A stretch of 64,000 bases of DNA, from IMG/VR virus record IMGVR_UViG_3300020037_003306, positions 14,690 through 78,689 of that record. One strand, 5' to 3'. The notes under the pieces were generated by a model. The model was not told where the DNA came from and did not search any database. It saw nothing but the letters and a program-made list of their open reading frames with translations. This DNA is from a virus. Lineage: Duplodnaviria > Caudoviricetes. Position numbers and translations under genes: made by a program. Of the stretch, positions 19,406-25,728 are shown piece after piece (the first letter of the stretch is position 1; each line of letters opens with the position of its first letter).

Positions 19406-19602
19406 GGTTGTATGTTTTGAATTGGTTTGTAAGATTGTGTTGTATGTTTAAGGTGTATAAGGTGTATATTGATGGGTAATTTTAGACCTTTAGGAGTAGT
19501 AGGAGAAATGGGAACAAGGTGGATAAAAGGGAAAAGGTTTATATTTATGGGGAAGTTGATGTGTAAGATTGTATATGAGGATTAGGAGGAAGTGGGTATA
19601 GT
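19404..19602. other. Compositionally extreme tract (C-free on +, G-free on the leftward sense strand)
   Basis: Only 3 C (19487, 19488, 19515) in 199 nt of the plus strand. Confidence 0.9.
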
Positions 19603-19622
19603 CAACGCCATACACTCCCACC

Positions 19623-19940
19623 TCAAACACCATATTCTTTCACAATATCAACTTTCATAATATTAACATCTTCTTTCCTAATCAAACCTTTCAAATCAAG
19701 TATGGTAACTTCACACTCTATTGTAAAAGGTCTAAAATCGACAGCAAGCACTTCAATTTTATTCTTAACAAGCATCTTCAAAAGTTGTTCAACAGTCCAA
19801 CCACTATTACCGTACCTTTTAACCATTTCTTTAATGAACCTTTCACCATCACGAACAGCAGAACCATAAGTTTTAAATAATTCAGCTCTAACAATAGTAA
19901 CATAATCAGCTTGTGTAACATTACAATATAGATTTAGCAT
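19623..19940 (-). CDS. Hypothetical protein
   Basis: 105-aa ORF. Confidence 0.6.
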   Translation of the reverse strand: MLNLYCNVTQADYVTIVRAELFKTYGSAVRDGERFIKEMVKRYGNSGWTVEQLLKMLVKNKIEVLAVDFRPFTIECEVTILDLKGLIRKEDVNIMKVDIVKEYGV

Positions 19941-20057
19941 AACATTAGTTTTAGTTTTTGATTTAATATTGTTTCAAATTTCAAATTTCGATTGTTCTTT
20001 AGTATAATTGTCCTTTAGGCTTTGATTATACATAGTATTACCGTTATTAGCAAGGTA

Positions 20058-20180
20058 TTACGTTACAAAGATAATAAATATTATGGACATTGCGAACATG
20101 ACGACTGTTAAATGTTTATAAAATGTTAGTAGTATTATATTTGTTGCTATCATTGCGAGCATGACGAACATTACAGACAT
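20058..20180 (-). CDS. Small two-TM membrane peptide (40 aa, below ORF-track cutoff)
   Basis: Hand translation MSVMFVMLAMIATNIILLTFYKHLTVVMFAMSIIFIIFVT*. Confidence 0.45.
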   Translation of the reverse strand: MSVMFVMLAMIATNIILLTFYKHLTVVMFAMSIIFIIFVT

Positions 20181-20279
20181 TTATCAACATTATTATTACT
20201 ATAATCATCAACGGTTGTAGCTGCCTAGCATAATTGACAACAAGCGGAGCATTTATTGCTTGCAATATTTCAGTTGCTA

Positions 20280-20298
20280 GTTTGACCGTAGGTCAAAC
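20280..20298. repeat. 8-bp hairpin with cGTAg triloop
   Basis: GTTTGACC-GTA-GGTCAAAC. Confidence 0.8.
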
Positions 20299-20312
20299 CT
20301 TAGCAGGTGGTT
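20293..20312 (-). promoter_or_regulatory. Conserved 20-nt motif copy 1 (putative phage promoter/regulatory site)
   Basis: Plus strand TCAAACCTTAGCAGGTGGTT; near-identical copies at 21233 and 22489. Confidence 0.6.
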
Positions 20313-20332
20313 CAAGTTTATGGTATTTTGTA

Positions 20333-20386
20333 GCTTAATTACCAAAGGTATATTGCCTTTCAGCAATATACCTTTGGTAATTAAGC
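20333..20386. repeat. Perfect 24-bp inverted repeat
   Basis: GCTTAATTACCAAAGGTATATTGC-CTTTCA-GCAATATACCTTTGGTAATTAAGC. Confidence 0.95.
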
Positions 20387-20574
20387 GGTATATTAAGAAC
20401 TCGGTTAATGTAGCATTTATGGTTAAGATTAAAGGGGCAATTATGGTTATACGCAACGCCTGCAACAAACACACCAAGTTGTCCTATTGTATCCAATTGG
20501 GCAGTAATTTTATTATGTAGTTGGGCAGACAATTACTTGGGTTTATCATCAAGAGTTTCAGTAAGCCGATTACC

Positions 20575-20606
20575 AAAAATCCCGCACCGCTCCTAAGAGC
20601 GGCACG
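20575..20606 (-). terminator. Intrinsic terminator of 20625..21191
   Basis: Minus strand CGTGCCGCTC-TTAG-GAGCGGTGCG followed by GGATTTTT. Confidence 0.65.
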
Positions 20607-20624
20607 AAATTCACGATATATATC

Positions 20625-21191
20625 TTACTCAAGGTCTTCATCTTCAGTTGTATCAACAACAACTTTTGGAGTTTCAACTTTTGGAGAAGGAGAGCCTTTT
20701 CTACGACCTTTTCTCGCTTCAGCAAGTTCACGTAAACCTTGCTCACGGTTTAAATCCGCAACATAAGCTTTAGCGTCTTCGCCAAGTACAAGTTCAAAAG
20801 ATAAAGTATCAGTTCTCCAATGAGCGGTAGTATGATACATTAAACCGTCATCGCTAGAAGGGTCTTCAACTTGCTCTCCTGTTTTGAAATCAATAACAGG
20901 TGCGCCTTCTTCAACCCAAACTGCATTTACGCTCAATTTGCTATCATCAAATGAAGCACTAATTGCGTCCGCAAGAATATTGACATTGGTAGCACGCAAG
21001 TTTTGAGCAAAATTGTTAAGATGGTCTTCATTGAATTGAAATACACCTTTAGGATTGCACTCGACACCTTCTTCGCATTTTACAGTAAGTTTGCCATTTT
21101 TATTGATACGAGTATCAATAGATTTGACAACAAAAGTAAAAGTAGTAGGTTTTTTAGCAACTGGTTTAGTTTTTTTAGCTGGATTAGCCAT
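20625..21191 (-). CDS. Hypothetical protein, possible nucleic-acid-binding (basic N-tail, beta-rich core, acidic C-tail)
   Basis: 188 aa; MANPAKKTKPVAKKP...TTEDEDLE; has its own upstream motif and downstream terminator. Confidence 0.65.
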   Translation of the reverse strand: MANPAKKTKPVAKKPTTFTFVVKSIDTRINKNGKLTVKCEEGVECNPKGVFQFNEDHLNNFAQNLRATNVNILADAISASFDDSKLSVNAVWVEEGAPVIDFKTGEQVEDPSSDDGLMYHTTAHWRTDTLSFELVLGEDAKAYVADLNREQGLRELAEARKGRRKGSPSPKVETPKVVVDTTEDEDLE

Positions 21192-21232
21192 AATGTTTGA
21201 AAATTTAAAAATTTAAAAATATTGTTTATTAA

Positions 21233-21252
21233 TCAAAACTTCGCAGGTGGTT
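21233..21252 (-). promoter_or_regulatory. Conserved 20-nt motif copy 2
   Basis: Plus strand TCAAAACTTCGCAGGTGGTT, 42 nt from ATG 21191. Confidence 0.6.
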
Positions 21253-21326
21253 AATTGTTTATGGTTAAAAGTATCAGTAAGGAAATATAAACTCTTGCTG
21301 TCAATGAAGACAACAAGAGTTTAATA

Positions 21327-21944
21327 TTAAAATGCAACAGACTCTTCATAGTTATGAAGTTGTACAGCAGTTGCTACATTTGCAGTAATATTTTCTGCGT
21401 GTACAATATCTTCAATATGTACAGTTTCAAGTTCTATTGTACGAGTTTTATAGTTTCGTACTTTAAAACTGACATTAATGCCATTATCAACGTAATTAAC
21501 AGTACCTACAACTATTTTATTTAAGTAGTGTAAAGATACATAATCAGCTTGTTCAAGTTGACCCCAAATTTTATCTCCGTCAATGAAAGTATCTTGTTCA
21601 GCAGGAAATGGAACATGATTATCCTTTTTTCGTAAGTCAATAGTATCCAAAGGAGTTTCAATTTTAACCCAACCATTGATAGTACTATACAAATCGCCAA
21701 GAGCTTGAGCATTGTCTTGAATTGGGTCAATGATAGTTTCAACAAGTTTAACAAAATAATCAGTATTAATATTGTTAGATAGCGTAAAACTATTACCAAG
21801 TAATATCTGTTTAATACATTCATCAACACTGCGAATCCCTGTAACTTCTTTACTTTCAAATGGAGTAAGAAACAATTTGAGAAGTGCTTTTACAACAACA
21901 TCAACACTCAATTGATAAGTAAACGTTTTATTATAATTTTTCAT
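21327..21944 (-). CDS. Hypothetical protein
   Basis: 205-aa ORF. Confidence 0.65.
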   Translation of the reverse strand: MKNYNKTFTYQLSVDVVVKALLKLFLTPFESKEVTGIRSVDECIKQILLGNSFTLSNNINTDYFVKLVETIIDPIQDNAQALGDLYSTINGWVKIETPLDTIDLRKKDNHVPFPAEQDTFIDGDKIWGQLEQADYVSLHYLNKIVVGTVNYVDNGINVSFKVRNYKTRTIELETVHIEDIVHAENITANVATAVQLHNYEESVAF

Positions 21945-22031
21945 AACAACTAGATTTTATAAATGAATAATAAGATTAGTAAGAATATCCTCTCTAGTAC
22001 ATCTACGGTGTACATTATCGAGAGGATTATA

Positions 22032-22454
22032 TTATTGAAGAATAGTAATATGTTTTGGAGCATATATAATATACTCCGTTTGAACAGTTGCTTCTTGATT
22101 ATCAACAATAATAGTTTTTACAGTTGGCGTATCAAGATGTACATTGCGAAATGCACTATCAAATGTAACAATTGTTGAAAGTGTAGAATTGCTCTCAAGT
22201 ACAGAAATAATTCTATTAGATTTATTATGAGTTACTGTAACAGTACACTCGATGATAATTCTATTAGATTTAGTTTCAACAACTTCAACTCTTCCTTTCA
22301 ATGAATGAGAAAGAGTTTCAACATTGTCAAGATTATAAGTTTTGGCGAATGTAGTTGTAGATTGAGCTTTCAAAAACATAGGTATCGAAGTAAACACCAT
22401 TACAATTATCATAATGATAATCAATTTTAAATTAGAAGGTTTTGTAACTAGCAT
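22032..22454 (-). CDS. Putative exported protein (signal peptide)
   Basis: Start at ATG 22454: MLVTKPSNLKLIIIMIIVMVFTSIPMFLKA|QSTTTFAKTY..., followed by a beta-rich mature domain. Confidence 0.6.
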   Translation of the reverse strand: MLVTKPSNLKLIIIMIIVMVFTSIPMFLKAQSTTTFAKTYNLDNVETLSHSLKGRVEVVETKSNRIIIECTVTVTHNKSNRIISVLESNSTLSTIVTFDSAFRNVHLDTPTVKTIIVDNQEATVQTEYIIYAPKHITILQ

Positions 22455-22488
22455 GATTATAAGTATTAAGAATAAGAGAATTTGTATA

Positions 22489-22508
22489 TCAAAACTTAGC
22501 AGGTGGTT
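22489..22508 (-). promoter_or_regulatory. Conserved 20-nt motif copy 3
   Basis: Plus strand TCAAAACTTAGCAGGTGGTT, 35 nt from ATG 22454. Confidence 0.6.
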
Positions 22509-22710
22509 AATGATTGTGTTCATTGTGGAATGTAATGGAACAATGAATACAATCAATATGTTTATGGTCTTCGTTCCTATTGAGTCCTACATCAACTGTA
22601 TAATATAGATTGTCATTTCGATTATGTGTAGTTCTATATCCTAGTTTGTCGTTTCAATTCTATATAATTGTACTGTTATGTTTGGATATGTTATGCACAT
22701 TAAGCGTATA

Positions 22711-22901
22711 ACTATCAAGCAGCACATCACTCCTCAAAGTAATACCATTATCTTTATGAAAGTTTAAAAGTTTATAAGCTTGAGCAATGGAAAATAATTA
22801 TTTTTAATTATTTTCTTGCGAAAGATTATATACTTTTAAACTTTCATAAAGATACCCGGGGTATTCAATTTACTTTGAGGAGGGAGGGGGTGATTGATAG
22901 T
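22711..22901. repeat. ~190-bp quasi-palindrome at the transcription strand switch (candidate origin / bidirectional control element)
   Basis: Nested inverted arms: 22730-22742/22870-22882 (13 bp perfect), 22749-22771/22832-22854 (23 bp perfect), 22790-22800/22805-22815 (11 bp perfect, TTTT loop), with partial pairing between them. Confidence 0.9.
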
Positions 22902-23099
22902 ATCACACCCACGTACCCACACTTTCTACAACTTCAACATCTTCACATTTACACACGCTAACAACTCCTATCTTATACAAATACACATTCATACCTTCTA
23001 CTTCTCAATCATTTCCACCTTCACCATCATATACACCTTAACCTTCACAACCTTCCTCAACACCTTCAACATACCTCAAATTCCATACCTTATATATAT
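22901..23099. other. G-free tract on the rightward sense strand
   Basis: Only 2 G (22913, 22957) in 199 nt; no G from 22958 to 23099. Confidence 0.9.
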
Positions 23100-23240
23100 G
23101 GTATAGCGTGGCGGAATTGCCTACCCAGTTAAACGCTATCACATTCAAATCATTCAAACAACCAAACATACGCTAAACGCTACGATACAGCCAATGCCCA
23201 TTTAAACAACACATTTAAACCTTAATAGTAAACTTAATCC

Positions 23241-23368
23241 TAACTTTGAGTATAAAGTATAGAAACCAACAAATAAGACTTATTTAAAGAAAATTACAAG
23301 CCAATGAAACTATTTTATAAAATAAACACTTATAAATTTGTAAGTGTAGTTAAGATGTTATATACTTG
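23241..23368 (+). promoter_or_regulatory. Candidate Bacteroidota-type promoters for the rightward arm
   Basis: Perfect TAnnTTTG matches at 23241-23248 (TAACTTTG) and 23333-23340 (TAAATTTG); also TTTG(23337)-20 nt-TATACTTG(23361). Confidence 0.45.
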
Positions 23369-23402
23369 TATAGTAATTGAACAACAACTAAAACAATTCA
23401 AA

Positions 23403-23819
23403 ATGACTATTGAAGACAAAGCTGCTCTTGAAGTTGAACTTCTTAAAGCTACACTTAGTAATACAATTATATCTTGGAATGAGAAATGCGCTAAGTTATC
23501 TTATGTTGCTAGATTTGGATATGCTATTGATTTTGAAGATAGTGCTTCTCGTAAATCAGATGATGCTCCTGGAATTATCACTGGTATAATTGATGTTACT
23601 TCTTTCGTACAAACTGCGGTACTAACTATATTTAGTCAAGGCGTTGGTTCTCAAAAACAAAAAGTTCTATTTAGTTATCGTCATAGTTTTAGTCCTTCTG
23701 ATGTTATGGAAGGTTTTACAGATTACGATTTCAATAAAGCTATACTTCTTCTTTTGAAAGAAGTTTTCATTGAAGCATTTGGAACATTTCTTATCACGAT
23801 TGATAAACTTGTTAAATAG
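23403..23819 (+). CDS. Hypothetical protein
   Basis: Start placed at ATG 23403 (MTIEDK), downstream of the promoter-like elements; 138 aa. Confidence 0.6.
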   Translation: MTIEDKAALEVELLKATLSNTIISWNEKCAKLSYVARFGYAIDFEDSASRKSDDAPGIITGIIDVTSFVQTAVLTIFSQGVGSQKQKVLFSYRHSFSPSDVMEGFTDYDFNKAILLLLKEVFIEAFGTFLITIDKLVK

Positions 23820-24041
23820 ATGCTTATAGATAATACAATTAAAACGGTTCTTGAAAAGATTCAATCTCAAGTTAAGAAAGAATTTGATGTTGACCTTACA
23901 CAAGAAGAATTACTTGAAATAGTGGATAGCCAATTTAAAGTTATCCCTGATGCAATTGAAAATAAAGATACAGTTAAACTTGATAAACTTGGTAAGTTCC
24001 TCATTAAAGAAATGAGAACTAAAGTTTTAAAAGATAAATAA
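23820..24041 (+). CDS. HU/IHF-like DNA-binding protein
   Basis: 73 aa; LLEIVDSQFKVIPDAIENKDTVKLDKLGKF matches the HU/IHF helix plus VxLxxFGxF pattern; DNA-binding arm truncated. Confidence 0.65.
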   Translation: MLIDNTIKTVLEKIQSQVKKEFDVDLTQEELLEIVDSQFKVIPDAIENKDTVKLDKLGKFLIKEMRTKVLKDK

Positions 24042-24314
24042 GGTAGTGTTCCTTAATTAAGAACGGCAAGTATTACACATCTAGTTAATAACGGGGATTG
24101 TGTTTAATATCTTAACCGAACAAAAATATAACTTAATGGGGATTGTGTTAATCAATTTATTCACCACACAAAACATTCTAATGATGTTTATAAAACCTTT
24201 AAGCTTTATGATGGCGATTGTGGTAAACAACAATCCTTCATTAATTAAGATAACGCCTAGTTGCTTGCTTGCCTAGTTGTTGCCCGTCATGAATAGGTTC
24301 GTGGCGGGCTTTTT
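24042..24314 (+). ncRNA. Candidate structured non-coding RNA
   Basis: 288-nt ORF-free gap with three GG(G/C)GATTGTG(T/G)T repeats, long-range complementarity and a terminator at the 3' end. Confidence 0.35.
24282..24314 (+). terminator. Intrinsic terminator
   Basis: GCCCGTCATGAA-TAGG-TTCGTGGCGGGC-TTTTT; the two G-U pairs define the plus strand. Confidence 0.8.
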
Positions 24315-24329
24315 AATTCTCATACTATT

Positions 24330-24653
24330 ATGGCTACTAAAAAAGGAAGAACTCTAAAGATTATCTTTAAAACTTTCGACCGTGAAGGTATTACTGAAAA
24401 ACATAACGGTTTACTTAAACTTAAAATTAAAGCTGTTTATATTTACAATAATATTGCAAAGACTAAAGGTGCTGTTAAATTAACTGCTCCTGAAATCGCT
24501 AGTATCATTTATAATATACTAGGTGTTAATTGTAATCTTGAATTAATTTCAATTAGACGTATGAGAATATGTGGAGGTGGAGAAGAAGGAGAGCTTAGAG
24601 AACTCTCTCAATATTTAACTGAGAAAGAAAAAACTATCATTCGCCTGTACTAA
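24330..24653 (+). CDS. Hypothetical basic protein
   Basis: 107-aa ORF. Confidence 0.6.
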   Translation: MATKKGRTLKIIFKTFDREGITEKHNGLLKLKIKAVYIYNNIAKTKGAVKLTAPEIASIIYNILGVNCNLELISIRRMRICGGGEEGELRELSQYLTEKEKTIIRLY

Positions 24654-24659
24654 ATTGCT

Positions 24660-25361
24660 ATGGAACAACAAACCACTAATGAATATTCTGAGATTTTAAA
24701 AGTTATTAACATTGTTAATGGGCTTGCTCAATTCGATAGAAAAGAACTTGAAGCTTATCCAGAGTTCAATAAAATACTTTCTCGTGTACATCCTTCTAAA
24801 GGAGATGCTGATGGTAGAAAGAAATACCTAAATAATAAAGAACTTCTTTATATTAAATTCATGTCTAATTTTGCTGGACAACATCGTGGATTTCACGGTG
24901 ATGCAAAACATGAGAAAGCTAAAATGGATGCACAGCTTCCTGATGAATGGAAACCTGATGACCATGTTCAAGCTGCAATTGCCAAGGCGATTGAAATACA
25001 AATCTATTATACTCCTACCGTCCGTCTTCTTAATGCAATTGAAAAAGGTATGATGCTTTCTGCGGAAGCTGCCGAGAGTCAACTTGACCAAGTATATACT
25101 GCAATTAAAACAGGTAAGCGATTAACTGATGAATTGAAAGATACTAAAGATTTAAGTGAAGCTCAAAAAACTATTGATGCCATGTTGAACGTAAGCGATT
25201 TGTTACAGGCGAGGGTTAATGGTTTCATGAAGAGTGCTGGTGAAGTTCCTAAAGTTCTTAAACAATTGAAAGAACTTCAAAGTCAAGTTATTCAAGAACA
25301 AAATGGCGAACGTTCTTTACGTGGTGGTCATAAAAAAGGTAATCGTGAAGACCCAAGATAA
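24660..25361 (+). CDS. Conserved crAss-like protein, possible terminase small subunit
   Basis: KELLYIKFMS...AKMDAQLPDEWKPDDHVQAAI...TPTVRLL followed by helical coiled coil; resembles the helical protein upstream of terL in crAss-like phages (inference). Confidence 0.5.
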   Translation: MEQQTTNEYSEILKVINIVNGLAQFDRKELEAYPEFNKILSRVHPSKGDADGRKKYLNNKELLYIKFMSNFAGQHRGFHGDAKHEKAKMDAQLPDEWKPDDHVQAAIAKAIEIQIYYTPTVRLLNAIEKGMMLSAEAAESQLDQVYTAIKTGKRLTDELKDTKDLSEAQKTIDAMLNVSDLLQARVNGFMKSAGEVPKVLKQLKELQSQVIQEQNGERSLRGGHKKGNREDPR

Positions 25362-25362
25362 T

Positions 25363-25533
25363 ATGAAAAAGAAAATTAAAGTTAAAATTGATACTACTAT
25401 TGCAATTAAAGATGCTACACGTTGTTTTAGTTTAGTATGGAATCCTGATGTTGAGGTTAAAATTAAACCTACTACTAAAGGTGGAATAGTAGAACAAGAT
25501 GAACCTAATTTATATGACCATTTAATTGAATAG
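25363..25533 (+). CDS. Small hypothetical protein
   Basis: Start at ATG 25363 (MKKKIKVKID), 56 aa. Confidence 0.45.
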   Translation: MKKKIKVKIDTTIAIKDATRCFSLVWNPDVEVKIKPTTKGGIVEQDEPNLYDHLIE

Positions 25534-25536
25534 AAT

Positions 25537-25725
25537 ATGCCTATTGGAAATACAAATAAAGTTGATAAAGAATCTTGGTATTCTGTTAATGCTACTGCTG
25601 TTGGAGAAGCTCTGCATTTACAAATGCAAAACGCTGTTATGAACGGCAGTCCTTTAACTAATGATAAAATAAATGCTAGTGGTATATACGATTGTATAAT
25701 TATTAATGTAAAAGAACTTGATTAA
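25537..25725 (+). CDS. Small hypothetical protein
   Basis: 62-aa ORF. Confidence 0.5.
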   Translation: MPIGNTNKVDKESWYSVNATAVGEALHLQMQNAVMNGSPLTNDKINASGIYDCIIINVKELD

Positions 25726-25728
25726 ATT

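Noticed and set aside
20277-20532. ORFs 20277..20477 and 20335..20532 on the minus strand
   Set aside because: They run through the 24-bp hairpin and the 20-nt motif, have no recognisable features and overlap each other; the region is better explained as regulatory.
22894-23106. 70-aa ORF (T/F/I/H-rich) across the G-free tract
   Set aside because: G-free sequence cannot contain TAG or TGA, so open frames arise trivially. The composition is a by-product of the tract.
24093-24224. CRISPR-like mini-array from the GGGGATTGTGTT repeats (and from the 20-nt motif)
   Set aside because: Repeats are only 12 nt and degenerate with irregular spacing (33 and 63 nt). The 20-nt motif copies are about 1 kb apart. 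No cas genes in the window.
11712-25537. Amber (TAG) recoding, suggested by four TAG-ending genes whose next ATG is in frame (11712, 13208, 23819, 25533)
   Set aside because: All core genes (terL, portal, MCP, polA, muzzle, giant ORF) are uninterrupted in the standard code. Three other TAG stops are out of frame with the next gene, TAA junctions show the same in-frame bias, and no suppressor tRNA was seen.
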